Below, one piece after another: positions 14,334-28,096 of a stretch of 64,000 nucleotides of DNA. The stretch covers positions 62,001-126,000 of the forward strand of contig MCFE01000088.1 in NCBI GenBank assembly GCA_002104905.1, given 5' to 3'. This DNA comes from Basidiobolus meristosporus CBS 931.73 (lineage: Eukaryota; Fungi; Basidiobolomycota). The notes beneath the pieces are model-generated. The model searched no databases. It was not told where the DNA came from and was given only the letters and a program-made list of their open reading frames with translations. How positions within the stretch are numbered: the first letter of the stretch is position 1; each line of letters begins with the position of its first letter. Position numbers and translations under genes: made by a program.

Positions 14334-14701
14334 TGTTACAAGTCTTGGTATAAGAGTTGTAGAGGAATAGGGAGTTTAGCTAGTATTGTATTCACTAAAA
14401 CTTGAACTGATTTTTATTGAGGTTCCAGCAGCTCCTTATATACATTTTGCCAGATCAATTGCTGACTAATTGTATTTCCTAATGTAGGTTGTGGCTGATG
14501 ACTCATTTGATTGCATCATCATCACCCAATAAGATCCTACTTAATATATCTATTTCTGTCTGATAAGGATCTGCTGATTCATTTGCTGACTAATGCTACT
14601 GATTTCATAGATAATACTGATGTACTGATAACCTAAACATATACTAACTGATTTGACTAAAAACTGATCTAACTTAAACATTCAAGCGGCAGATCATAAC
14701 A
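14334..14701 (-). repeat. 5' LTR of intact gypsy (368 bp)
   Basis: Identical to 9764-10131. Confidence 0.98.
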
Positions 14702-14877
14702 AACACATGATAGAAGTTTGAGCCACAATGAACAAGATCTTTCAAGATCATCAGACAATGTCTTTTTGCAACTTGCCAACCAGTGACAAACAAGGTGATA
14801 TCCAGGAGGACTTAGTTTATAGAGGGAGACTCAAACTTGCAAGACTTGGTGACAATACTGAACCGTCAAGATATTAG

Positions 14878-17310
14878 TGTTACAAGTCTTGGTGTAAGAG
14901 TAGTAAAGGATTAGGGAGTTTAGCTAGTAGTGTACTCACTAAAACTTGAACCAATCTTTATTGAGATTCCAGCAGCTCCTTATGTACTTTTTGCCAGATC
15001 AATTGCTGAATAATTGTATTTCCTGATGTAGGCTGTGGCAGATGACTCATTTGATTGCATCATCATGACCCAATAAGATCCTACTTAACATATTTATTTC
15101 TATCTGATAAGGATCTGCTGATCCATTTGCTGACTAATGCTACTGATTTGAAAGATGATACTAATATACTGATAAGCTGAACATATAACTAAGTGCTTTG
15201 ACTAAAAACTGATCTAACATAAACATTCAAGCAGCAGATCATAAAATTAGAATCACAAGAAACAAGATTCAGGACAGCACCCTCAAATTTAGTACAGGAG
15301 AATGTTATGATCTACTGGTTAAATGTTTAAGCTAGATCAATTTTGATCAAATCAATTAGTTTTATGTTTAGCTTACCAGGATGTCAGTGTTATCTCTCAG
15401 ATTAGTTGTATTAGTCAGCAGAAGAATTAGCACATCCTTATCATATAGATATAGATATATTAAGTAGGACCATATTGGGTGATGACAAGGTAATCAAATG
15501 AATCATCAGCCACAACCTACATCAGGGGATACAATTAGTCAGCAATTGATCTGGCAAAATGTATATAAGGAGCTGTTGTGTTATGACATACCGCTTGAAT
15601 ATCTAAGTTAGATTAGCTTTTAGTCAAATCAATCAGTTACCTGTCAGCCTATTAGTACATGAATGTTATCTATCAGATCAGCAACTTTAGTCTGCAAATG
15701 AATCAGCAGATCCTTATAAGACCAAAATCCATATATTAAGTAGGATCATATTGGGTGATGATAATGCAATCACATGAGTCATCAGTCACAACCTACATTA
15801 GAAAATACAATAAGTTTGCAATTGATTGGGCAAGATGCATATAAGGAGTTGTTGTGACCTCAATAGAACACAGTTCAAGTTTTAGTGAGTACAATACTAG
15901 CTAAACTCCCTTTTCCTCTAAAACTCTTATATCAAGGCTTGTAAAATTGGTAGCAGCAATAATCAGAAATATCCCTCCTGAAGAAAGCAGAAGCCTGCCT
16001 CAAGATGTAAGAAACTCAAGCATGGAAGAATGCTATGCAGCAAGTCCTGGCCCAGCAGCAACAGTCACTCCAGATCCTTAGCCATCAGCAACAAGGAATT
16101 GCCACCATAGCCCATAGCCAGCAAAACCCTGCCAAGAGCAACATCAGTGTAAAGGTCAACCAGCACCATAGTAGGGTCAATGAAAACCTGGGAACTTGGT
16201 ACTTCCAGATTGAAGAAGTGTTCAAGGCTAAGGAATGGCTCCAGAAAGCAAGTTACATTATGCAGCCTTACAGTGGTACCACAACAAGATCATGTCAGCC
16301 ACAATGATGGGATGCTCTAAAGTCTCTACTTAGGATGAGTTTGAGTTGGAAGTTCAGGATTGTTTTGAACCCCCACACCAGCAGACACTACTAAGAAGAC
16401 TTGTAACAGCTGGAACCTCAATAAAGATCAGTTCAGGTTTTAGTGAATACAATACTAGCTAAACCCCCTTTTCTTCTATAACTCTTGGATTGAGACTTGT
16501 AGCCAGAGTCACAGTTGCTATTAGGATAGGATTTACTGCATAGCAGTCTTCCATCTTTGATTGTCTGTCATCTTAAGGGAGGCTTCTTCTTTGTTCAGGA
16601 GAATGATTTCAGGTGATTACTGCGACCAATGTTATAAGTCTTGATATAAGTGATGTGTTGGAATAGGGAGTCTAGTAAGTACAGGATTAAATAGACCTGG
16701 ACTGCTTTTACTGAAGCTCTAGTAACTTCTTAAATAAATTTAGCCCAATCAATTGCTGATTGATTGTGTTTCCTAATGCATGTTGTGACTGATAACTCAT
16801 TTGATAGCATCATTATCACCATATTAGATCTGACTTAATATATCCAATTCTGTATAACCAAATCTGCTGATTTTCTGCTGTCTAATACAGCTGATTTAAT
16901 AAATATTTTGATATAATGAATAGCTAAACATAAAACTAACTGATATGACTACAAACAGATCTAACTTAAATATCCAAGCAGTAGATCATAGCAATCATAC
17001 CAAAGCTTCAAGGAGGCAATAGTGCAGTGGCCTATACAAGAGATACAATGGCCCAGGGAAGTTAGGAAACAGTCCAGGAGCAGGAGGAGTAGATAATCCA
17101 TGCAAAACAATAAATATATCAAGCAGAGAATGTAGTATCATTCTCCTAGAGCTAATGGAGTTACTGAGCAGGTTAATGCATAAACTAGAAAAATGCTGAC
17201 CAGGTTTAAAAATAGAGCTGTTAGTAGATAAGATGAGTATGTAGACCAAGCACTTTTTGCCTGCAGAGTCACAGTGCACAATATAACCCAACAATTGCAA
17301 TTTTACTTAG
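14878..17310. mobile_element. Cluster of older LTRs and gag/integrase fragments of the same gypsy family: LTRs at about 14878-15246, 15303-15578 (interrupted), 15579-15946 (followed by PBS and gag to about 16400), 16400-16500 (partial), 16630-16990; integrase piece about 16995-17310
   Basis: Each aligns to the intact LTR in one or other orientation; ORF 16035 MQQVLAQQQQSLQILS matches the gag start. Confidence 0.85.
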
Positions 17311-17879
17311 TAAATTTACAAAGTTTCTGGGTAAAATATCAAGGAGATGTATTGGAAGTAAATTGAAAAATCAGAGGATTGACATGATATTCACCTGACT
17401 TTTATTGAGTGCAATACAGCATTGATACATATTGCAAAACTGTGTAAGTGTAACTATCTATTTGCTCTCATGAGAGTTTCAGGAGTGCATATGCCAAATT
17501 TCTGCTCATTTGAACAAGCTTCAGATTTACCTAAAATTCTGTATATCAGTAATTCTTAACAGTTAGTAAATATTTACAAAGTATTTTTCTAGTTGATAGT
17601 CTAAATACATCATTAGGAGGTTTTTCAATTCAGAAGGCACCCATAAGGGAGCAGATCAGAAAGAGGCTATATAGGAATAAGCAAGCTCTTAGAGCATGGT
17701 GCTACAAGTTGAACACAAACTTACAGGATTGTGGGATCATCTTTGAACTACTGTAGCTCAGCTAGCATCACTGCCAAGCAATACACCAGAAGTGCTCATT
17801 TCACTATCACACACCAAGAGATCCAACTGGAAAAGAAATGACCCATATCACTATAGTGATGATGGTAGAACTTTACCTA

Positions 17880-19941
17880 TCACAATTCAGTCCATACTGA
17901 TGATCCCCAGATTGTAAAAGAGGCCCCAAATAGCTCTCAAACAACATTTACAGATCTGCAAAGACTGAGGAACATCATCCCCTGATGGAAGATCAAACTT
18001 GAGACTTTGTTAGATTATCAGCTAACCAATAATTAATTGGATACAGATGGGTCTTGAAGCAAAATACAAACTTGATAGTACAAGAAAACAATATCAACCA
18101 AGACTTGTGACCAAAGAATACACTCAAACAAAAGGACCTGACTATACTGAGACCTTTGCACTGGCAGCCAAGGTTAAATCCACCAGATCAATATTGGCTA
18201 TTCCAGCCAAACATAAGCTTTTATACATTAAATGGGTTCAAAAACTGCATTTTTGAATGGAGAACCTGATAAGAACATGTATATGGACCAACATGATGTG
18301 CCTGCTGACTAAGATAGCCCCCATTTGGCCTGCAGGCTTAAAACATCTCTGTATGGTCTTAAACAGTGACTAAGAGCCTGGATATGAAAGATATATTCCT
18401 ATTTGGAATCTTTGAGTTTCAAAAGTAGTAATGCTGACTATAGCATATACTATTAGCCAGATAGATCAAATCCAGTTCTATCAACTATATATGTGAATGA
18501 TCTTATTGTAGCCAGCAATAACCTAGAAACATCAGACTGGACTAAATGCAACCTATCTAAGGAATTCAAGATGTTCAATATAGGAGAACTCAGTTACTAC
18601 TTAGATATGAAGTTCTCCATAGACAGAAGTTCCCAGACTATTCCCCTAAGCTCATCCACAAATATTCAAGATATACTAAAGAAATAGCAAATGGAGCACT
18701 GTAAACCAGCAGCCACCCCTAACAAAATCCTAAACTTGGAATTCATCTGGCCTTCAGCTGGTATTCAGCTGGTATTCTAATGGTATTCTGTTGGTATTCT
18801 GCTGGTATTCAGCTAGTGTTCTTATTCAAAACTTCAAGTGCAATTTTTGAAGGAAGTATTTGTTGAAATATTGGACTATTTGGTATCATTCAGCAGCTAA
18901 AAGCTTACTTAACAATTCTGGATTAAACTTGGTCACTCTGGGACTAATTTATAGCTCTAACTTTGCCACTTTCTTCAGATCTATGATCTAATGATTATTC
19001 TCCTATATATGGATCTGATCATATTGCAGCAGTTTAGCAGATTGTTAGATACTAAAAAGAAACTGCTGATATCTGCTTAAGATACACCAATCAGAATCCA
19101 GAACAAGCTCTTGTGAGATACTCTAATGTTGATTGGGGGCAAAATCTAAAAGACAGTCAATCCACCACCAGATGCACCTTCCTTAACTGTAAAGTAGCAA
19201 TTTCATTGAATTCAACAAAGCAACCAACTGTGGCACTTTCCACCATCAAAGCAGAGTACATTGCAGCCTGTGAAGCTCCAAAAGAAGCAAGGTAGCTAAG
19301 AAAGCATTTTACAGATTCAGGCTTGTGTCATAAAAAGCCTATTGCTTTATTTCAGGATAATCTAGGATGTATATAATCTAGTACAAAGCCAACTTTTTGT
19401 GCTATAACTAAGCACATAAATATTGGATATCATTTTATATGTGAAGCTATAGAGCACAACATGTTCTATTTGGTTAATTGTTCTACAAATGAAATGATTG
19501 CAGACATATTTACCAAACTATTAGCTAGAGACAAGCTTAAATGTCTTAGGTCAAAATTAGGACCAGTTAATATGAACATTAAGTTGTGTAGGAGTGTGGT
19601 AAAGATTTGTAGTCCCACCTAAACATTCACCTAACTTAGTCACTAAGATCATTATCTTTAAACCCTAGAGTATATGGACCAAGTTCCTTGTTGGGATTAA
19701 CTTACAAATTTTCACCACAATATTAGGTACCCGCAACAGGAAAGTTCTCAAGGTTGTCCAAACAGCCCAGTACTTTGCACACATGTTCTTAGGACCTTCC
19801 TAAGTCTACTCTGTGTGCTTGTTATGTCAAGATCATGCAGAAGTGTAAATGCTACTTTTGCGTTCATTAAGTCAATAAGTGAAAAATACATTCTCTGCTT
19901 GTTCTCCCAATCACTTTCAGTATCTCCATGACATTACAACA
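17880..19941 (+). mobile_element. Decayed copia RT/RNase H with PPT and 3' LTR (19595-19941); unrelated insert at about 18721-18990
   Basis: Colinear with about 31600-33611; remnants DYTETFALAAK, KQPTVALSTIKAEYIAACEA. Confidence 0.9.
18747..18823. repeat. Seven tandem 11-bp units, consensus CTGGTATTCWG
   Basis: ctggccttcag ctggtattcag ctggtattcta atggtattctg ttggtattctg ctggtattcag ctagtgttctt. Confidence 0.9.
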
Positions 19942-19984
19942 AGTACCACACTGATTGCATAATCTAGGGCATATGTGCAGAGAG

Positions 19985-21350
19985 TGACTCTTGTCAGAAG
20001 TCAGGTATTCTTAAGCTTGGCAGCTTGGCAGCTAAGCATGTTCATTCTTGAGCATCTAAAAGGCAGTCTCACAGGCTATATGGCACCTCAAGGTGTTTTA
20101 TTTCTTGAGTATATCAGTCAAAGTGGCTGCAATACTTGCAAGAACCTGAAAAATCCCCAACAATAGACAACCATTCCATAAAATGCTCAGAGCTTGGAGA
20201 TGCTTAGAGGCTGCTTCAGATTCTTGTTGACTTCCACATTCTTTGGGTCTAAGGTCACTGCTGTGCTAGTCACTAAGTGTGTTAGCTATTCAATGTATTC
20301 CTTAAGGAACTCACACTTTGTTAGCTTGCCATATAGCTTGTTCTCACTTGAGTATTCAAGACCTTTTCAATGTTCACAGTGACTGAGTTCTGGGTTCTGT
20401 AGTCAATGCATATCCTTAGTGAGCCATCCTTCTTTGTCACAAAAGGCACTAGTGCTCCCCAAGCTGACTTGCTGTGCTTGATATATCCTTGCTGTGATAG
20501 TTACTCAATTAGTCACTTCAACTGCTCCTATTCCAATGGACCAAGATCCAGTCAGGCAGGTAGCAGCCATTGGTCTGCTTGCCTGTTTAGATCTGAGTGG
20601 CATAGGTTCTGCAACTGAATGATGGATTACAGTTGAATAGCCATGTTTTTCCAAGTACCAGGTCTAATATGTAGTATTCAGATATGTAGGGTCATAGGTC
20701 TTCATCATAGTCATTGATCTTCATTCTTAGTGGCTGAGTAGTGCTGCTGATTATGTGAGAGTTCTTATCAACTGTTGAGACTGAAGTGGATTTGGTAGGT
20801 TCTGAGCTGATCACAGGTTTAAAGGCAAATTGCTCTGAAATGTACTTGTGTGATGTTCCTGAGTTAGTTGTGAACTTAGCAGGTACTCCATAGATTATTC
20901 AATTCAAGTGTAATAGTTTTCCTGAGCTTGAGTTCATTTAGAGAGGTACTCTTCAGTCATATAGAAGGTGAGTTCCAAGTCTCTTTACACTCATCCTCCA
21001 AATCCCTATGCTCTCAGGCTTCAGTATGGCTAATGGTTACATTCCTCTAAGCTGCAATTCTTCTGAATAGCTTGTTCATTCTTCAGAGGTGGGATTCTTC
21101 TACATAGTTTCAATTTCCCTTGGCACTGCTTCTGATTGTCTTCTTTCATAGTGGTTGTAGCTTTTCTGATAAGTTACAGTAGCATTTCCAACTCTAAACA
21201 TTGCTGAGTTGGAGTCAATGGTACTCTTGATTACCACCTCAATAATCTAAGGCCTTTAATAGCTCACTTCCTTGCAAGCTCTTTCTTTCAGCCCATCAAT
21301 AAAGTATGCAACTTGATCAAGGGGGCTTTTCTCTCAATCTATCCAAGTAG
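19985..21350 (-). mobile_element. Heavily deleted gypsy remnant (gag, protease, RT, RNase H pieces)
   Basis: Blocks align to about 11800-12200, 12520-12660 and 12930-13800. Confidence 0.85.
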
Positions 21351-21370
21351 ACATTAAACTTGCTCTGCTG

Positions 21371-21430
21371 GATAGTGCCACATTGAGCCATGAGTGCCAA
21401 ATAGTGCCATATTGTGCCAGAGAAGCCAAG
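21371..21430. repeat. Six roughly 10-bp-period units ending in (GT)GCCA at the edge of an unassigned segment (about 21351-22200)
   Basis: gatagtgcca cattgagcca tgagtgccaa atagtgccat attgtgccag agaagccaag. Confidence 0.7.
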
Positions 21431-22205
21431 TGGAGCTATAGCTGGCCACATAGCGTGAGACACATTTCTTGAGCTTCATTCAAAGCAGCCCCTGTGTTTC
21501 ACCCATTGTGCTGGAGAAAATCTATTTCTTGACCTTTTTTTTGGGATCAATGTTAAGCATGATGTGTAAGAGTACTGAAGGACTGAAGACATGTATCTGG
21601 TAAACAATACCCTTGGCACTTTGAATCTAGCTCCTGTGGCTTGTTACATGTTACAAAAGTGCATGGCACTATCTGATACTATTTTTAAATATTATCCCCA
21701 AAGCAAAACCTATGCAAAGCGCTTATTGTACCTGATAGTGCCAGTAGACCAAGATACACTACTTGTGTACTTGTAGTTAGTATTTTGCTTGCTAGTTACT
21801 AGGTGCAGTGCTGTAGCTTAGCAGTGCTGAATTGCTTTGGAGGATGTTACAAAACCAGGCTGAAGTGCCATGCACTGATGTGTACTTTAACTTACCAAAG
21901 GCTCCTGCAGTGGAGGTACTACCAGTGGGTCTTTACTGGTCAGTTCTGCAGAAGTAACTAGCAGATGGTTAGGTGTAATAGCATGTGCAGGTGGGACATG
22001 ATGTGCTGGCATGGCCCTAAGAGAAGTCCAATGCAATGTTACATGCATTTGCAAGTTTGCCTGTGCTAGTGGACTTGTGTCTAATTGATCAGCTTGGAAA
22101 GTTCTAAAAGTTTTGCTTTGAACTGTGTGCATTGACACAACACATGTCAACTTGGTCTTAGACAAAAATCCCTTGCCATAAGGATGCTGCCTTAAAAGAA
22201 ACAAA

Positions 22206-22629
22206 ACATCTAATTAACAGAAATATCCTATGGGTTGATGAGATGAAATATGTGGGTGTTCCAACTACTGATGATGATTTAATAGTCACTCTCCAAGGTA
22301 GCCTGTCAGACAAGCTTCAGGGCCTTGTATTGGCCCAAGAGTCTAGAACTGAAGATTTGAGTTATAGTATGTATATAGAAGACTTCTGAAGCCTTAAAGT
22401 GCCAGATGAATGAATCAAGTGCTATTAACTGCATTTGCCATAATATCAAAGACAAATTGCTAACTCAATGCTCAATAGCAAACATGGCAAAGAATGCCTG
22501 GAAGGCATTGGAAGACACATACCAGTTGTGTGCAGCTGCTAAGAGAATGTATCTTAGACAAAAATATCCTACCACAATGATGTTTCAGGAGTAGAAATGA
22601 AGATCCTAATTAGAAGTATTACCCTCTTA
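22206..22629 (+). mobile_element. Old copia gag fragments; the same old copy continues at 28428-28932, 33612-34486 and about 35640-36895 after later insertions
   Basis: AKNAWKALEDTYQ motif; sequence rejoins colinearly with the 29313-32400 copia ORF across each insertion. Confidence 0.85.
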
Positions 22630-23099
22630 CCCTATGAAAAATAATTTGGTCCTGCAGGTGGATCCAATCCAGATCATCCGTCAAGATCCTGTTTAGAGAC
22701 TGTCATAATAACAGCAGCTTGGAATTAGTGACCCTCCTGACAATCTTATAACAAGATCATGACGGTGTTTTATGAATTTTATAGCCAAATAAAGGGATAA
22801 AACTTGTCAATTTTTGATTGGTGCTGTGACAATATTTGCATGGTATTGTTGAGGTCTTTCAGTGCTCTATTACTATTTTAAGTGGATCCAGTTGGCCAGG
22901 ACTTCCAATTGCCGTGTATGGCAAGGAACTTGACAGTATTTGAAGGCCTCATAGCAAGACTCTGATGGCTTTTTCTTGGCAATATGACGGCCTGCTGCTG
23001 GTTCTGTATAATGCTACCGTACCAATTTACCAAATGGTATTTCCTTTTTCTACCTCCCCTTGTGCAATACATATATTCCACTGTAGAATCATCTTTCTT

Positions 23100-25640
23100 T
23101 ATATGCTTACCCACTACTATCTTGGGTATTCCACATGTAGTTCAAATCAAGAAAAACTATGGCCTCCTGCTTACTAACCTCTACAGATGCGCACACCTGC
23201 TGCAATTGTCATACTTCTATCACCTCAACTTTACAGCTTTTTAGTGTGATACTTGCAAAGTTGCCATATACCTTGTACTGCTGGTAGCATATACATCTTG
23301 CAAACATATGCTTGGTTGTTGTCACTTCTGCCATGAATACCTCTTGAATATTGGCAAAGAACTGCTTAGTATTTAGCCAATATATTCCTTCTCCCTGCTG
23401 GATTCTAGACCCCCTTTTAGGTGTGCTCTGGCTTTTGTTTGTGTGAATTCCATATTGAATGGTGTAGAAGTTGGCTTGTGACCACAAAAAATCCGTCATA
23501 TCTTGGTGGAGTTTTCCTCAAAAATATTAGTTGCTTGTTGCACCCAACCCAACTTTGCATTACTTAACTGATTACCCACGCATTGGGGCTGCTTAGCTTC
23601 TTAATACCATAGGCATAGGTGTCTCCATGTGCACATTTGTCCTCAGTATTTTCCAACTTTTTCTGGCTGTCCTCCATGTGCCAACTCTTCACATCCATGA
23701 CAGGCTTGAAGGTTATATCCTTGATGAGATTGGGATATGGTAGTACCTGTAACTTGACTTGTCTTCCTATCTCCCCACACATCTGCTCCATAGGAAACTC
23801 CCAAAAGGTGAAGCAAGGCCCAATACTCTCCACACACTGTGCAAGATGGAGTAGAGAATGGATACTGAAGCGGTAGAGATCTATGCATTCAGCTTTATGT
23901 TTGTAGTATAGCCGCTCAAATCCCATCACAAACTCCTCACACAACAGCTGTAGATGCATCAAGTTGGCATTGGTGATCTGCTTCTGGATAAATATTCCTA
24001 CAATGTCCACATATGACTCCCAATGCTTCCAATGTACTCTTGGTAGGAATGGCTTCAGAACACTACTTGAATAAATACATATCCGGTTCATCCAGTCTTT
24101 GCATTTGAATTGTTGCATATGTGTATGAATATCAATCAGAGCCTGTGAGAAGTACTTAGGTTAGCAGATACTCTGTAATATCTTGCCAATTTTTCAAATT
24201 TCTCCGGTATCTTAAAGGGCTCATTTAGCTTGAAATGCCCCATGTACAACTTGGTCATCAGTATAGGAATATTGTTGAAAAGCAAATGCATTGCTTCCAG
24301 TGGAAAGCTTTTGCTCCAACAGATACCCTCTATCTCAAGTATCTCTGGTTTCCAATTGATTCCATATTCTGGCCAATGGCTTATAGCTTGCCAACTTTGC
24401 TGCAATTGCATGCTTACTTCTGTACATTCTCTCTGTGGAAAGATGATGCTCTTAGTGCTGGTGTTTGGGTAATAATAATGTGTGTGAGTTATGGAGCAAA
24501 TCCCCTGGATCTCATACATTTGACAGCAACGCCATCCATTGTGCCCAGAAAAACCTGCTATCTTGCTGATGGCTGGGGTATCTCCAATGCTGATAGTAAT
24601 ATGCGCCTTTACATGATGGCCATTTACCATTATCCCGCTGGAAACATACAAAATTCATTTGGCAATGGATACAGGTAGCTATCCAGGTTGGATGGTGATT
24701 TAGGCCCAGATACCACTGATACTACCTTCAGATTATTGCTCTGATACCGTAAGATGGGCAGCAGATTCAGATTGATGAGAATCAGTGGCCAGCAGGATTT
24801 GCTGGCAGAGTACTTGTTGAATGAGAATCCAATAAGTACTAATGCAAAGGCATGGTCATACATACCTTCAAAGTAGCCCTTGCTTCTTAGCTGTTTGTAA
24901 TGTTTGCCATCAAATATATTGGATATGTTTGCGCTTGATTGATACTGAGTGTGATGCTATATAGCTTTGCAACATTTGTTGGGCTGCATCAGCTTCCTCA
25001 GACAGGGTATGACTGGAATATATCCGGAGTGTGAACAATGTTTTCCCTCAATGGTGGTGGATGCCTGAAAATTTGGACACGCTGCAATGGTAGCATTTTT
25101 GGATGTGAATGCCATTCAATTGTTAACACATGCTGGAATCAGGACAGTCTCTGGATCATATGTTGCCAGCCGCATGACAGTTGTCCACTTGTACAATGTA
25201 CATGGTAAGATGCATCCCGGTATGATTTTAGCAAGCAGTAGTAATAAATTGTCAAAGCCCCCATTACTGATATTGGTGGAAATGCGCCCCTTCTCTAACT
25301 ACAACATTACATCATTCACCAGTAGATGGATTACTGGGCTCACTTGGCTCTATAAAGTATCCTTGGCATTTGTTTCAACGGGTGTTGTCTCATTGCATAT
25401 AGGGATTTAACTGGGCTCATATGTGGTACTGTTGTTAGGGGAGATAGGCTCAAAAGCCATCAGTGAACCTTCTTCAACAGAGCTATCACTCTGCATGCCA
25501 TATTCAGAAGGCTGAGGTGAGCCTAAAGGTATCACAAACTCACCTGACTCAGTTTGCGCAAGGTGATAAAGATAGCCAGGTGCCAATATAGAAGGGTCAA
25601 CTGGCTGGCAAGCTAATGTTGGTATAGTAGTGACCAATGA
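23100..25640 (-). pseudogene. Tnp2/EnSpm-family transposase, disrupted by stops and frameshifts (limits approximate; may start further upstream)
   Basis: Motifs IFDGKHY, CWPLILINLNL, GPKSPSNLDSYLYPL, IGDTPAISKIAGFSGHNG, EAMHLLFNNI, IHSLLHL..IGPCFTFWEFPME. Confidence 0.9.
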
Positions 25641-26018
25641 ATGGTCAAATATGACTTGGGTGGCAAAACACTGGCCGTGATCCTTCTAATACTTCCTATG
25701 CTCTCTGCATGCATCATGGCTGAGAGGCTTGTCACAATAGCCACATGGTCTTTTTTCTCTTCTCTTATGGTGTTGAGTCAAAGAAGTCTTGTCCATGGGG
25801 CAAACAGTCTGACATTCAACAACATAATGCAATTATATCACTTTTTGGTCAATACTCATGTGAACTTAAGACAGTCATGTATTTGAGACATTGCACCTAC
25901 ATGAATGCAAGATTCAATGATGACCCGCCATAGTAGGCATTATAAATATAGTTGTGGCACCACATACACACGTATATGTAACACTATTTCCCCTTTGATT
26001 TGACTCACTTCCATATAT

Positions 26019-28096
26019 ATGCCACCAAAAAATAAAGCAAAGTTGTCTGCTTCTCAACCAAGCCCCACCGCTGATGGCAACAGAAGATCAGTTGGACAAC
26101 AGCTTGCTTTGACATTCAGTGCAACAAGCAGGGCTACATCCAAAAAAGGCCCTGTGGACAATGTGCCCATTGAAGGTAATAATGCGGACTCCTCAGGCTC
26201 TTAGTCAAGTAGGCAATTGAGAACCTCCGCGGAGCTACAAGCTGACCGTTATGCTCAGGCAGATGAGAATGTAGTAAATGCAGTACCCTTTGTTGAAGAT
26301 CAGCAAGTGGCCATGATAACATCACCACCACCCATATTAGCAAGTATGTTGTCAGCTAATACCAAAGCATTAATAAAGCAATTAGGTGCAGTGACTGATA
26401 GGATAGATGCAATGGCCCAGAGAAATCAGGAAGTATTCCAGAAACAGAATGAGCGGATAATATTTGTAGAACAATCAATATCCCAGGTATAGAAAGCAGA
26501 ATCTTTGCTGCAAAGAAGGCACTCAATTAGCTCAATGTCACAGCCAAGAATTGAGCCATTTCCTGATGTAACAGCAGAGGAACACTGTACAGTCTTTGAA
26601 GCATAACAACAGTGCCCAAAGATAAAGCCCACAGAGAAACCTTTCACAGCATGGGAGGGAGAAAATGTGGTGTTAATACCAAAGCCTAAAATCAAAAGAC
26701 ATTGAAGATCTGTGAAGCCATTGAGTGCAATAATGCAGAATGGGCTGATATACAAGAGGCCTTCAGAAGTCTAGCACGCCATCACCTTAAGGCTGGCATA
26801 CCATGGGACCATCAGGAACTCAAGGCCAAGCAGAATGCACTTGACTTGTTCCATGAGCATTATCCTAGAATCAAATGGGCAAGCAGATTTTGGGCCAGCA
26901 TTGGTATGCTAAGAAAGTATCTTAAGAATAGCAGAAACTATCAAAGGCAGAAAAACAAGGGTGCCATGGATAAAAACCAGTGGCTTCCTCAAGAGCCTGT
27001 TACAAGCAGGGCCAAATGCTCCTGAAAAGTGTCAAAGAGTTGTCAGGCAGCTGCAAGAGTGCCAACTAAGGACAAGCAGGCAGATATGGATACACCAGCA
27101 CAACATTTATCAAGGAAAAAGCGTAGTACCACTCAAGAAGCACCCAGTCAAAGTAGCAGTGAAGGACCTGGCAGTGATAAAGACCAGCTGCGTTTACAGG
27201 AGCCTGTCACAACTACGGTTGAGAGCTCAAAGCAAGCTGAAAAGAAATGTCAGGTTGCCAGAAGAGTGCCAGCAAGGGATAAGCAGTCCAACACATATGA
27301 GTCAGAGCGGAATTTATCCAGGAGAGAACATAGTTCTTTACAAGAAGCACTCAGACAAAGTAGCAATGAAAGACCTGGCAGTGATAAAGGAAAAGGTAAA
27401 GGGAAAAATGTCTACCCAAGCCTGAGACAGGGAGGCATGCAAAAAAAACTGCAGTTCTGGCCAATTAACGCCGCAAGCCAGGAACAGACTGAATTTCATC
27501 ATAGCCATGAAGAATTACCAACAAGAAAACAGCTATTTTCACAAGAGTTGGAAGCGCAACCAGTTGAGCTACACTCCAGCAAGGTAGATGAGTTTGCTGA
27601 AAAAGACAATTTGTCTACCACAGCCTCCACATCCTCCACAGCCTCCATTGTTAACAGAGTGGAGATCCCACTGACAGACAAGGCTACAATGTCAAGAGCT
27701 CAAAAGACTATCACAATGCCTTCAGTGGAGTTTTGGAACATTAATAGGCACACCAGGAGGTTGCAGCACTTCTTCAAGAGCAGTGCTCAAGAAAATGCAC
27801 TGGAATATTGCAAGGATTTATTGCAAAGACTGGCAGATGAGGAGCTAGACCTTGCAGTGCCAGCTGAAGACCTGGATGTGTGGGAACCAGTGAATGAACA
27901 GTGGCATAAAGCCATTGGGTTCCCGCCAAAGTTGTGGAACCAGAGCGTCACAGCAGAAATACTTATTGAGTGGTGGATTTTAATGGAGTTACTTGTTGAG
28001 TGTGGGGTTGGGCCTAATGTTAGTGTAGGGTATAGAGACTTGTATAGGTCAATACAATTGGCCATTGAGGTACAACTGAAGTTTCAATGGAAATAA
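26019..28096 (+). pseudogene. Second ORF of the CMC element, uncharacterised, about 690 codons with a few stops and a frameshift
   Basis: Chained ORFs 26019, 26217, 26702, 27029; conserved in the copy at 2879-4700; helical blocks EWADIQEAFRSLARHHL..YPRIKWASRFWASIGML and LQRLADEELDL..PPKLWNQ. Confidence 0.75.

Larger units (their letters stand above)
9764..14701 (-). mobile_element. Intact Ty3/gypsy LTR retrotransposon, 4938 bp, 4-bp TSD AACA
   Basis: Two 368-bp TG..CA LTRs identical by eye, PBS, PPT, uninterrupted gag-pol ORF, AACA at 9760-9763 and 14702-14705. Confidence 0.98.
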
